The notes beneath the pieces are model-generated. The model saw only the letters and a list, made by a program, of their open reading frames with translations, was not told where the DNA came from and did no database searches. From Verrucomicrobia bacterium UBA1200 (GTDB lineage: Bacteria > Verrucomicrobiota > Kiritimatiellia > RFP12 > UBA1067), in assembly GCA_002309765.1 (NCBI GenBank), contig DBXY01000064.1:67528-131527 (forward strand): a DNA stretch of 64,000 nucleotides, written 5' to 3'. The translations under genes and the position numbers were made by a program. How positions within the stretch are numbered: the first letter of the stretch is position 1; each line of letters begins with the position of its first letter. Shown in pieces: positions 28,212 to 37,709 of this stretch.

Positions 28212-28786
28212 GAACCGGCGATTCCTCCGAGCGCTTCGCGCAGAGAACAGACTAAATCGTGCCAGTAAACCAGATGCAGATCTTCCAGCATCTCCATTGA
28301 ATCCGTAGGCGCGATCAGGCAAATGTCGCAAAGCGGTTTCATTTTTCCGCCGTCTCGGCCGCCGAACCCAATGCTCGTCATACCCAATTCCCGCGCCTTT
28401 TCAATCGCGCAGAGAACATTCGGGGAATTCCCGCTGCCGCTGAACGCGATTAAAATATCGCCCGGGCGGGCATACGTCTCCAGCAGGATAGCGAAAACAT
28501 CCGCATAGGAAAAATCATTCGCAAGGCAGGTGAGCAGAGTTGATGAATCGTTCAGGCAGATCGCCCGGAAACCGGGGTTATCCCCTACCCGGCAACCCTT
28601 GACCAGATCGTTAGTTACGTGCGACGCGGTTGCCGACGATCCGCCGTTACCGATCAGAAAAATCGTTCGGCCGTCCTTTTTCGCCGCTAAAAGCAGATTC
28701 CCGATTCGGTCCAATGTCGCGAAATCGCTCTTCAGCAGACTTGACGACAACGTCTCCGCGTACAATCTCAAACTCTGCTCACCCAT
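28205..28786 (-). CDS. SIS-domain protein, phosphoheptose-isomerase (GmhA)-like
   Basis: 193 aa with LIGNGGSSATASHVTNDL and FSGSGNSPNV, typical SIS motifs. Confidence 0.8.
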   Translation of the reverse strand: MGEQSLRLYAETLSSSLLKSDFATLDRIGNLLLAAKKDGRTIFLIGNGGSSATASHVTNDLVKGCRVGDNPGFRAICLNDSSTLLTCLANDFSYADVFAILLETYARPGDILIAFSGSGNSPNVLCAIEKARELGMTSIGFGGRDGGKMKPLCDICLIAPTDSMEMLEDLHLVYWHDLVCSLREALGGIAGSC

Positions 28787-28797
28787 AACCGCCCCGA

Positions 28798-30267
28798 CTA
28801 TTCAGCCTGGTTTTCAGCCTGAGGATACGGCAGAATACGGCTCTGGCAATTGGAGAGCAACGCGTAAATCACCGCGCCCGCAAAGAAGGCGAAAATCAAG
28901 CTCAGCGGCAACGGCTTGCCGAGCGGGACACCCCAAGCAACCAACTGCGGTTGCGCGCCGATTACGAAACCGACCGCCCAGGCAATCCATCCGGCGGGAT
29001 TGAAGCCCGCGCGCGGACCCGTCCACCGGCCCTTGTTCAAGAAATACTCGGCAACCATCGCGCCGCAGATCGGACCGAACGAAGCTCCGAAGAAACCGAA
29101 GATTGCGCCCAGCTTGCCGGCCACGCCCAACATCGCTAGAATCTCGGCAATCACGCAACCGATCCCGCAGGAGACCCACGGATTAATTTTCGGAAGCGTC
29201 GTCTTAATCGAGTTCGCCGCGATCAACGAGGAGAAGCAGCAGCTCGGGAAAGCGCAAATCGCGAGCAGGAACGCCACGATTTCACCGGTACGGTCGTTTT
29301 TCAGAATCTTGCCGGTCAAGGCAACCGGATCAAGAATCACCTGATTCTGCGCCAACAGCGCCTGACCATCGGCCGTGCCGTAGAAACCAGCCACGATCAT
29401 GATCGAAAGACCCGCCGTCAAGAGAATCGCCAACAGCACCCCGGCAAATCCGCCGAGCACCACATCCTTCTTATCCCGCGCACTGGTACCGAAATCGACA
29501 CCAGCCGCGCCGGCCGTCGCCGTGAAGCCAACGATATAGGTGATCAAAAGGAAGATAATCGCGGTGGATCCCATTGCGGCGCCTTTAACCCCGCCGGCCG
29601 TGGCGGCTTTCACGAAAGCGGCCGCGTCAAACGAGCCAAGCCCGCCCGCCGTTTTTGCCACCAGAACGATCAGCGTCAACGCCGGGATCAGCGGCATCCA
29701 GGTCGAAATCATCGCGACATACTTAATGCCCTTGAGCGCCATCACCACCGCGCTGACACCCCACACCAGCATAATCACGTAAATCAGCGGCGAAACCGCG
29801 CCGCCATCGCCGCCGAACAGGCTACCCGCCGGCAGTTTGAACATCATGTTCAACGCGGCCGTAGCACCGAAAATGTTTACCGCAACCCAGCCAAACTGCA
29901 GCAAACCCATAAAGAAGCCGGGGAGAATGAATCCGCCCGTCGCGCCGAAGGTCGATGAACCGACAATGTAAAGCGGCAAACCGGTCTTCTGGCCCAGCCG
30001 ACCGAACACGAGGTAGAAGAGCACGTAACAGATCGCCGCGCCCAGGAATACACCCAAGAGCGCCGTTCCCCAACCTTTGGCGAGAATGCCTCCGGCGGCA
30101 TCGCTCCCGCCGCACGTCGCGGCTCCGCTCCAAAAGACAAACCACAAAAAGATACCCGCGTACGACGGCGCGATGTTCTTATACCATGGTGCCCGGTTTG
30201 AGGCCGGATTCGGTTGCGCGCACTCCAAATAGGACGGCACCGACTGTTTCGCTTCATTGTCCATCAT
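28798..30267 (-). CDS. NCS1/purine-cytosine-permease-like transporter
   Basis: About 12 TM helices. LGQKTGLPLYIVGSSTFGATGGFILPGFFMGLLQFGWVAVN resembles the NCS1 signature region. ATG 30267 is preceded by AAGGAGAG. Confidence 0.55.
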   Translation of the reverse strand: MMDNEAKQSVPSYLECAQPNPASNRAPWYKNIAPSYAGIFLWFVFWSGAATCGGSDAAGGILAKGWGTALLGVFLGAAICYVLFYLVFGRLGQKTGLPLYIVGSSTFGATGGFILPGFFMGLLQFGWVAVNIFGATAALNMMFKLPAGSLFGGDGGAVSPLIYVIMLVWGVSAVVMALKGIKYVAMISTWMPLIPALTLIVLVAKTAGGLGSFDAAAFVKAATAGGVKGAAMGSTAIIFLLITYIVGFTATAGAAGVDFGTSARDKKDVVLGGFAGVLLAILLTAGLSIMIVAGFYGTADGQALLAQNQVILDPVALTGKILKNDRTGEIVAFLLAICAFPSCCFSSLIAANSIKTTLPKINPWVSCGIGCVIAEILAMLGVAGKLGAIFGFFGASFGPICGAMVAEYFLNKGRWTGPRAGFNPAGWIAWAVGFVIGAQPQLVAWGVPLGKPLPLSLIFAFFAGAVIYALLSNCQSRILPYPQAENQAE

Positions 30268-30323
30268 GTTTTTCTCTCCTTTTTTGATGATAACCAACAG
30301 AAAAAACGGAAACTGAATTCCTC

Positions 30324-31109
30324 CTACAGCCCGATAACCTGGGTTTCGATCTTCACTTCGGTTGCACCCGCCGCACCGGCGGCCTCCTCAGAAAGTTCAC
30401 TGATATTGTCTAGCCCGCTCGGCATGGTGCAATCGATAATATTGGACACCGCGTCGTGTACCACCTCCACGTCGTTGCCGCTATAACCGAGTTCCTTGGC
30501 CATTTGGCGCATAAGAAGAGAACGCTCTTCCTTGGCAACCGGGGCCATTTCGATTCCCAGTTCCACCAACTCTTTAATCGCCCCGACATCGGGGAAACCG
30601 CCTTTCATTTTAGCGTTAATCGCCTCGCGCTTGGCCAGCAACTCCTGAAACTTGGCATGGGTTTTCCGTTCTTTGCTCGTCATCCCGCTAGTGTCAATCG
30701 AAGCCAAAAACTCCAACTTGCTCTTATTGCGGTTGGCAAGCCGCTCGCGCAATTCTGAAAAGGCGTTTGAAACCTGATTTAACTGGTCGGCGGAAAGCTT
30801 ATCCTTCAGTTTCCCCATGATATCGTCACCATTAACAATCGACACCACTTCTTCAGTCTCAATGTCTTCTTTTTTCTCTGTATTCACTTTCTTCTCATCA
30901 TACTTCCGGCGCAAAGTGGCAAGTTCACGCTCCAGCTCAAGGATGCGTTTTTGAGCCTGCTCAAGCGACTCTTCGCCATTCGCTTTTTTCTCCGCCGCTT
31001 CAACCGGTTCCGCCTCGGCAGCCTTCGGCTGGGCATTCTGCATTTTTCCGCAAATAAATCCACCGGCGATACCCGCTAACAACACGACCACGCCTAACAC
31101 TTTCTTCAT
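30324..31109 (-). CDS. Membrane-anchored coiled-coil protein, function unknown
   Basis: One N-terminal TM (MKKVLGVVVLLAGIAGGFI) followed by long charged heptad-like stretches. The second ATG (31109) has the better SD, and ATG 31127 is the alternative. Confidence 0.5.
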   Translation of the reverse strand: MKKVLGVVVLLAGIAGGFICGKMQNAQPKAAEAEPVEAAEKKANGEESLEQAQKRILELERELATLRRKYDEKKVNTEKKEDIETEEVVSIVNGDDIMGKLKDKLSADQLNQVSNAFSELRERLANRNKSKLEFLASIDTSGMTSKERKTHAKFQELLAKREAINAKMKGGFPDVGAIKELVELGIEMAPVAKEERSLLMRQMAKELGYSGNDVEVVHDAVSNIIDCTMPSGLDNISELSEEAAGAAGATEVKIETQVIGL

Positions 31110-31268
31110 CGCGATTTTCCTTTCCATTAACTAGTGCAAAACCGCTTTGCACCGTCAACGCAAACAAAGCTTTCTTATGAACGGAAGATAGTTTAACACA
31201 TTCCAGCAGGCGGCACAAGGTGAATTTTGGATAACCTTGCAACGCACCAATGTCACTTCTCCCGGAAT

Positions 31269-32246
31269 TTACCTCCGTCCGGAGGCACCGAACAACAAAA
31301 CCCGCGCTTTGTCGAAGACCGTGGTAAGGTTTACCTTGTTGTCGGCGTAACCGAGTTTTCCGTCAAAAACGTGTACCGCGTTGCGCCGTTCAAGGTCGTT
31401 CACAAACCGGGCGAATTTTGAGGTGCCGTCTTTAAGGTTCATCAGCACCTCCACCTGCGAATGGCCGCAAGTCACCGCCTCGCTAATCATTCCAGTGGAA
31501 TCCGCGGTCACGAACAGCCGCTCGCAAAGGGAAACAAACGCGGGAATCGGGTTAAAATGGTCCTGACTGAACAGCAACTGGTACTCAAACGGGTATCCTG
31601 CAATCAGCGACTCAACTTCCGGCGGGGTGCGCCTGGAAGTGGTTACCCAGTGTTCTTGGCCCGGCGTGGCGGCGAAAAGGCTGTCCAGCAACGGCTTCAT
31701 CTGTTTTACCGTCATCTCCGCGAAACCGTTCGGCCCGCCCACAATCACCCCAACCGCCGGTTTGACCTTGCCGTCTTTTGTCCATCCTTGCGGAAAGCGT
31801 TCGCGGAACTGCCTCACCCCGTTTTCATAAAACGCCGGATCCGGTACGGTTAGGTTGACCGGAACCGAGATAAGATTCGCGCGCGGCGCGGGACGGTCGA
31901 ATTCCGGAGCGAGAATGCAGTCGAAATCCAACCGGTAACCCTTGGGATAGAGGATAGCCGCCACCGGCACGCCCAAACTCCGGGCAATTACCTTTCCGGG
32001 GTAAAACGCGGTCGATCCGGTGCAAACCACCGCCGCGATTCCGTCGGCATTTGGCAGCGGTTCGGAATTAAATACGCCACCGGTTTTTATTCCCAGTCGG
32101 TCGAAAAAATAAGCCAATCCCTTCATCACCGGGGAACGGTACCCAACCTTCAACAAATCGTAATCATATCCCAAGGCTCGGCAAAACGCTTTAGACTGGT
32201 TTTCGTGTCCCGCTTTACCATCCGTGATTATCAGAAATTTACCCAT
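31269..32246 (-). CDS. ELM1/GtrOC1-family putative glycosyltransferase
   Basis: MGKFLIITDGKAGHENQSKAFCRALG is the characteristic N-terminus of the ELM1 (DUF1022) family. GGGAGA SD. Confidence 0.7.
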   Translation of the reverse strand: MGKFLIITDGKAGHENQSKAFCRALGYDYDLLKVGYRSPVMKGLAYFFDRLGIKTGGVFNSEPLPNADGIAAVVCTGSTAFYPGKVIARSLGVPVAAILYPKGYRLDFDCILAPEFDRPAPRANLISVPVNLTVPDPAFYENGVRQFRERFPQGWTKDGKVKPAVGVIVGGPNGFAEMTVKQMKPLLDSLFAATPGQEHWVTTSRRTPPEVESLIAGYPFEYQLLFSQDHFNPIPAFVSLCERLFVTADSTGMISEAVTCGHSQVEVLMNLKDGTSKFARFVNDLERRNAVHVFDGKLGYADNKVNLTTVFDKARVLLFGASGRR

Positions 32247-32264
32247 TTAAAATCTCCCGGCCGG

Positions 32265-32792
32265 TTATTTTTTTGTCAATTGTCGCCATTCCGCTAATTC
32301 CACGCGTCGTTCCGCCGCCCAACGGACAAAATCCGTTTCCGGCGGCAGGGTATTAACCACCTTTGGTTCGCCGCATGCCGGACAGCACGCCCCGTCAACC
32401 AGCGATGCTCCGCAGTTCGGACAATTGTGCTCCAACACCTCGCCGCAATAAACGCAACGGTCACCCTGCTGTTCCACCGGCCAAAAATACAGCACCTCGC
32501 CCGAGACATAAGGAACGTTGGAATGGCATTCCGCATTCGGACAAAATCCAATTCGGCGGGTGTCTTTGAATTCTGCAACCGAATTTTCGGAAACCGTTTC
32601 CAACTTCACTTCAAGCAGTTCGGCTATTTTGGCCACTTTGTCGGCGGCGAGTTTTCCCGACTGCCCGCCTTCCAGCATGCAAATCGCGGACTGTCGGCAC
32701 CCCACCGCCGCCGCAACGGCACTTTGGGTCATGCCTTTACGCCGCCGGGCATCTGCCAGCCGTTTACAGTCCGCTTTAGAAATGTCTGCCAT
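32265..32792 (-). CDS. XRE-type HTH regulator fused to a multi-CxxC zinc-ribbon domain
   Basis: HTH segment RRRKGMTQSAVAAAVGCRQSAICMLEGG. Cys pairs follow: CPNAEC, CVYC, CPNC and CCPAC. ATG 32792 is preferred over the longer track ORF. Confidence 0.7.
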   Translation of the reverse strand: MADISKADCKRLADARRRKGMTQSAVAAAVGCRQSAICMLEGGQSGKLAADKVAKIAELLEVKLETVSENSVAEFKDTRRIGFCPNAECHSNVPYVSGEVLYFWPVEQQGDRCVYCGEVLEHNCPNCGASLVDGACCPACGEPKVVNTLPPETDFVRWAAERRVELAEWRQLTKK

Positions 32793-32904
32793 AAAAATCT
32801 CCGCACGCAGGAAACCCGCCCACCAAGAAGCTCCTGAATCCCGCAAAAAAACGGCAAAAAGTATGCCTTAATTCGCAAAAATTATCAAGTACAATATATC
32901 TACA

Positions 32905-32965
32905 AGTTATTAACTGATTATCCATATTTTAAGCCGAAATTTCAGTTATTAACAAAGTTATTATC
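32905..32965 (+). repeat. Cluster of the 10-mer AGTTATTAAC (x2) plus variant AGTTATTATC in an AT-rich intergenic region
   Basis: Exact copies at 32905-32914 and 32944-32953, and the variant at 32956-32965. A TTATCCATA element lies at 32918-32926. Confidence 0.7.
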
Positions 32966-33117
32966 ACCTGTTTATAACTTTTATAACCAAATTATTACTT
33001 GATAAGATTTTGAAAGATTCATAAAAGCATAAAATAGCTGGCGCCTTATTTTTCTTTTTTATTGATTTTTCAGACTAAAAAAGGTTATCATTCCAAATGT
33101 TTATTAGGGGGTTAAGT

Positions 33118-35319
33118 ATGTTTATTTACCTGTTATTATGTTTTCTGGCCGGTACAGCGCTGGCCCAATCTGACGAATTGGTGTCTGATTGGTTGGATCA
33201 GGATAAAAAACCGGAAAATGAAAACGTATCCGAAGATTATAAAAAGTCGTGCCTTGAACGCCGAGCGTTACGTTTGAAACCCGTGGTGGCTACCGCCACT
33301 AAATGGGTTTACTGCCGCCATTATGTGATGGGAGGTTCGCATTACGCTTATACCGAGGCGCTTTCGGACGCCCAAGCCGAGCGGACTTTTATGACCCCAG
33401 GATCAGGGCTTTACCTAGCTGAATACAACCCTGACGGGCTTTGGACTGAAACCGCTCTGTTGGAAAGCAAAACCGGGTGTTTTCGGGATGTTGACGTTTC
33501 GCCAGACGGAACGAAAATACTCTACTCCTACAAAGCCAGCGACCGGGGAGACGATTTTCATCTTTATGAAATGGATTTAGCAAGTCGTGAGGTTCGGCAG
33601 TTGACTTTTGGCGAAGGGGTTGCCGATTACGAAGGTTGCTATCTTCCAGATGGGCATATTTTTTTCAATTCCACCCGTTGTATGCAGATTGTGGACTGCT
33701 GGTGGACTGAAGTCAGCAACATTTATCGGTGCGACAGCGACGGAAAAAACATCACCAGAATAACTTTCGATCAGGTTCATGACAACTACCCCACCCTAAC
33801 GGATGACGGAAAAGTTCTATATACCCGCTGGGAATACAACGACCGCTCCCAAATGTATCCGCAGCCGCTTTTCGGAATGAACGTTGACGGTACCAGCCAG
33901 CGTGCGGTTTATGGTGGCAATTCTTGGTTTCCCACCACCTTGATCCATGCCAGAGGCGTTCCAAATTCTACGTTATTCTTCGGAATCGCCACCGGGCATC
34001 ATTCCTTCCAACCAGGGGAACTGATGCTTTTCAATCCTAGCGAGGGGCGCGAGGAAGCCAGCGGGGCATGGCAATTGGAACCATTGAGAAGAGCTAAAGC
34101 GGAAAAGATCGATGCTTACGGGCAAAGAGGACGAATGGCCATGTATCCTTATCCTATAGATGAAAAAGGAGTGGTGCTTTCGTTTTTGCCTAAAGGTTGG
34201 CCAAGAAATCAAGAAAATCATGTTAATTTCCGGCTCCATTTGGTTCCGTTTGCGCTTTATTGGACTAATGTAAACGGAGAACGGGAGCTTTTGGTATCGC
34301 AAACCGGTAAGATTCCATGTGGCAGACCCGTTCCGGTTCGCGCCAGAAATTTGGCTATGCGCTCGTCTAAAATGCCAGACGAGACTAAAAAAACCGGATT
34401 TTTCGCAATTCAGGACGTTTACGCAGGCAATTCAATGCAAGGAATCGAACGAGGAACCGTAAAATCGTTGCGCGTGGTTTCGATAGATTACCGTCCTGCC
34501 GGAATCGGATCCAACGGCAACGGCGGACCGGGCGGAGGCGGTTTATCCTGCACCCCGCCAGCTATCGGACAAGGCACATGGGGCGTAAAAAGAGTATTGG
34601 GGGAGGTTCCGGTCGCAAACGACGGTTCGGTATTGATCGAGGCTCCGATCGAAACCCCGATGTATTTTATGTTGTTGGACGGAAAAGGGCGTATGGTGCA
34701 AACCATGCGGAGCTGGACGGTTCTTCAGCCAGGGGAAACCGCAGCTTGCGTCGGTTGTCACGAACCAGCCAATCAAGCTCCAGACTCATCTATTGCCAAA
34801 ATGTCCGCCAAACCGGTTAAAATATCGCTTCCGGAACGCGGATTTAGTTTCGAAAAGGATATTCAACCCATTTTGGAACGGCGCTGTGTTGGATGCCACA
34901 ATCCGGAAAAGAACCCTAATATACCTGATTTGACTGCAAAACGGGTTGAAGACCCTAAATCCAAGCGCGTTTGGCTGCAAAGTTACCTTTCTCTCACCCA
35001 TTCAAGATTAGGTGACCATTGGTCTGGAAACCCAGACCACAAGATCCTCAACTGGATTAATTCAGCCAGCGTCCCTACCCCGCTACCCCCTTATTTTAAA
35101 GGATCGGCATGCAGCGAACTTTTCACCAGAAAATTCGATAAAGAAGGCCATGCCAAGAATCTTACGGAATCAGAACAGCGGCAATTGGCCTGCTGGGTGG
35201 ACTTAACCGTTCCTTTCTGCGGGGATTACGAGGAAGGCGCGCTTTGGAACGAAAAAGACCGAAAGCTTTGGGAAAGAGGAGTTAATAAGCGAGAAAAATA
35301 CGCAGTTCGGAGATTTTAA
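33118..35319 (+). CDS. Secreted TolB-like beta-propeller protein with two C-terminal CxxCH haem-binding motifs (PSCyt/HzsA-related type)
   Basis: Signal peptide MFIYLLLCFLAGTALAQ. Propeller-type repeats (SPDGTKILYSY, LTDDGKVLYTRWEYNDR). CVGCH occurs twice (ACVGCHEP and IQPILERRCVGCHNP). ATG 33118 is preceded by AGGGGG. Confidence 0.7.
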   Translation: MFIYLLLCFLAGTALAQSDELVSDWLDQDKKPENENVSEDYKKSCLERRALRLKPVVATATKWVYCRHYVMGGSHYAYTEALSDAQAERTFMTPGSGLYLAEYNPDGLWTETALLESKTGCFRDVDVSPDGTKILYSYKASDRGDDFHLYEMDLASREVRQLTFGEGVADYEGCYLPDGHIFFNSTRCMQIVDCWWTEVSNIYRCDSDGKNITRITFDQVHDNYPTLTDDGKVLYTRWEYNDRSQMYPQPLFGMNVDGTSQRAVYGGNSWFPTTLIHARGVPNSTLFFGIATGHHSFQPGELMLFNPSEGREEASGAWQLEPLRRAKAEKIDAYGQRGRMAMYPYPIDEKGVVLSFLPKGWPRNQENHVNFRLHLVPFALYWTNVNGERELLVSQTGKIPCGRPVPVRARNLAMRSSKMPDETKKTGFFAIQDVYAGNSMQGIERGTVKSLRVVSIDYRPAGIGSNGNGGPGGGGLSCTPPAIGQGTWGVKRVLGEVPVANDGSVLIEAPIETPMYFMLLDGKGRMVQTMRSWTVLQPGETAACVGCHEPANQAPDSSIAKMSAKPVKISLPERGFSFEKDIQPILERRCVGCHNPEKNPNIPDLTAKRVEDPKSKRVWLQSYLSLTHSRLGDHWSGNPDHKILNWINSASVPTPLPPYFKGSACSELFTRKFDKEGHAKNLTESEQRQLACWVDLTVPFCGDYEEGALWNEKDRKLWERGVNKREKYAVRRF

Positions 35320-35438
35320 TAGGCAAAACATCCATTCATGCTTTTAAACGAGCGTCGGACGCATCGTCATGGGTTTTGCTTATACAATTATCATATTTAA
35401 TTATTTATTTAGCTTTATTAATATGGGATGTTGATAGT

Positions 35439-35787
35439 GTTAATAACTCGGTAAATTACTAATAATCAACGATTTGCGTATTTTGAAATGTAGATTATTT
35501 TGAAGATAGACGTTTAATCGATTTTTAAAAGTTATGCTTGACTACCGTTAGATGATAATAACTCTTAGGTTATTTGAAATATACCAACTAGAATTATTCA
35601 ACTTATCGGCAAATTGTGAACAATTAACAAACCTGTTAATAACTTGTGAAAAACTGTTTATTTTTTTTTATTGATTATCTTTTACAAATTTGGTATTAAA
35701 ATCGTAACTCATTGAAAATAAACAAGTTACAAAAAAATATTTTAAAAATTGGAAAAAAATAGAAACCTTGAAAAGTTGTCAATAACA
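35439..35787 (-). repeat. Cluster of the same 10-mer in the opposite orientation (GTTAATAACT x2, GATAATAACT, GTCAATAACA) in a ~500-bp AT-rich intergenic region
   Basis: Copies at 35439-35448, 35554-35563, 35635-35644 and 35778-35787. These are reverse complements of the motifs at 32905-32965. Confidence 0.7.
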
Positions 35788-35788
35788 T

Positions 35789-35817
35789 TTGTCATTTTTT
35801 TGGATTTTTTTTATAAT
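35789..35817 (+). promoter_or_regulatory. Candidate sigma-70 promoter for mnmG
   Basis: TTGTCA (35789-35794), 17-nt spacer, consensus TATAAT (35812-35817). The ATG lies only 8 nt downstream of the -10 box. Confidence 0.5.
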
Positions 35818-35825
35818 TCCCGCCC

Positions 35826-37709
35826 ATGAACAAGAAAGTATCAGATTTTGGGGTAATTGTAGTCGGAGGCGGTCATGCCGGGTGTGAAGCTGCGTTGGTT
35901 TCAGCGCGGATGGGCGTGCATACACTTCTGGTTACCGCCAGTTTAAAGTCCATTGCGACAATGCCTTGCAACCCGTCCATTGGCGGATTGGCAAAGTCCC
36001 ATTTGGTTAGAGAGGTTGATGCTTTAGGCGGTGAAATGGGAATAAATGCGGATTGTACCGGATTGCAGTTTAAAACTTTAAATATGAGTAGAGGTCCGGC
36101 AGTTTGGGCGACACGAGTGCAGTGCGATAAAAAAGAATATTCAGGCCGTATGCGGCGCGTAATCGAAAGTACTTCTAATCTTACTCTGATCGAGGGTGAA
36201 GTAATAGAGATTATAGTGGAGGATAAAGAAGCGGTTGGGGTCAGGCTAAGTACCAATGAAGTAATATTTTCCAATGCGGTGGTAATTACCACTGGAACTT
36301 CAATGAGAGGATTGATTTTCATTGGTCACGAAAAAAAAGAAAGTGGTGGCGACCACCGACCGGCTGCCAATAAACTTTCAAATTCGTTGGACAAACTTGG
36401 TTTTGAGTTGATCAGATTGAAAACTGGTACCCCACCCCGCCTTTATCGTGAAAGCATAGATTTTGGTAGAATGATTTGTCAGCCTGGACAAGAACCTCCA
36501 CCGTTCTTTTCATTTTCTACAAGAATGTTCCACGTGGAACAATCATTGATGGAATACAAAGAGAGCGTAAAATGTTCCACGTGGAACAATTTGCTTTGCG
36601 GAGCGGAACAAATTCCTTGTTGGATGAGTCATACCACTGAACGCACTCATGAAATAATTCGCAAAAATTTATCTAGAAGTGCTTTATATGGAGGGGACAT
36701 ATCTGGGGTTGGTGTCAGATACTGTCCTTCGATAGAAGATAAGATTGTTAAGTTTACTTCAGCAACTCAGCATCATGTTATGCTGGAACCGGAAGGAAAA
36801 GATGCAAATGACTGGTGGTACCCAAACGGTTTGTCGAACAGTCTGCCAAGGGAAGTTCAAGATGAATTAGTACACAGCGTTCCAGGTTTGGAAAAAGCGG
36901 AGTTTGCACAATACGCTTACGCAATTGAGTATGACAGCATTGACGCTAGAGAATTAAATCATTGTTTGGAGAGCAAAAGAATAGAAGGTTTGTATTTTGC
37001 TGGGCAGGTAAATGGAACTACGGGTTACGAGGAAGCGGCAGCACAAGGCATTCTTGCCGGTATAAACGCTGCGTTAAAATCTAAGTCTGAAGAGCCAATG
37101 ATTTTAAGTCGTCAAGAAGCTTATATAGGGGTAATGGTAGATGATTTAGTAACCAAAGGAACACAAGAGCCGTATCGGATGTTTACATCCAGAGCGGAAC
37201 GGAGATTGTTGTTACGCCAGGATAACGCCCATATTCGTTTAATGCCTTACGCTGAACGAATCAAAACCGTATCGAATGAAGTGATGAGCAGCATAAAAGT
37301 GTTTAAAAAAATGGTTAATGATGAAATCATACGGTTAAAAAACACACGTAATGGAGAAAAAACGCTTTTCAATTTATTATCTCGCCCGGAGATAAGTTAT
37401 GATAAATTGCCTGATTCAAAATCATGGTTACCTCCGCCGGTGAAGGAAGAGGTAGAAATTTTAGTCAAATATGACGGATATATTGAGCAGGAAAAAAGGA
37501 TGGCTGAAAGAGCAATCCGGGAAGAGTCGGTCAAAATACCAAAATGGATAGATTATCGCAAAATTACCGCCCTGCGATATGAAAGCCGTGAAAAGTTGAT
37601 TAAAGTAATGCCGGAGAATTTAGGTCAGGCAGCCCGCATATCCGGAGTAAATCCGGCGGACATAGCGGTTCTCTCATTAATAATAAAGAGAGGACGGATT
37701 AGTAGTTAG
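35826..37709 (+). CDS. mnmG: tRNA uridine-5-carboxymethylaminomethyl modification enzyme MnmG (GidA)
   Basis: 627 aa. [20 protein letters not shown] motif, [18 protein letters not shown] and [18 protein letters not shown] are all diagnostic. Confidence 0.95.
   Translation: MNKKVSDFGVIVVGGGHAGCEAALVSARMGVHTLLVTASLKSIATMPCNPSIGGLAKSHLVREVDALGGEMGINADCTGLQFKTLNMSRGPAVWATRVQCDKKEYSGRMRRVIESTSNLTLIEGEVIEIIVEDKEAVGVRLSTNEVIFSNAVVITTGTSMRGLIFIGHEKKESGGDHRPAANKLSNSLDKLGFELIRLKTGTPPRLYRESIDFGRMICQPGQEPPPFFSFSTRMFHVEQSLMEYKESVKCSTWNNLLCGAEQIPCWMSHTTERTHEIIRKNLSRSALYGGDISGVGVRYCPSIEDKIVKFTSATQHHVMLEPEGKDANDWWYPNGLSNSLPREVQDELVHSVPGLEKAEFAQYAYAIEYDSIDARELNHCLESKRIEGLYFAGQVNGTTGYEEAAAQGILAGINAALKSKSEEPMILSRQEAYIGVMVDDLVTKGTQEPYRMFTSRAERRLLLRQDNAHIRLMPYAERIKTVSNEVMSSIKVFKKMVNDEIIRLKNTRNGEKTLFNLLSRPEISYDKLPDSKSWLPPPVKEEVEILVKYDGYIEQEKRMAERAIREESVKIPKWIDYRKITALRYESREKLIKVMPENLGQAARISGVNPADIAVLSLIIKRGRISS
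36526..36541. promoter_or_regulatory. parS-type ParB-binding palindrome, copy 1
   Basis: TGTTCCACGTGGAACA is a perfect 16-bp palindrome. It fits the conserved parS family tGTTNCACGTGAAACa, with symmetric changes. Confidence 0.7.
36573..36588. promoter_or_regulatory. parS-type ParB-binding palindrome, copy 2
   Basis: Identical 16-mer, and 20 nt identical including flanks, 47 bp downstream of copy 1. Confidence 0.7.
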
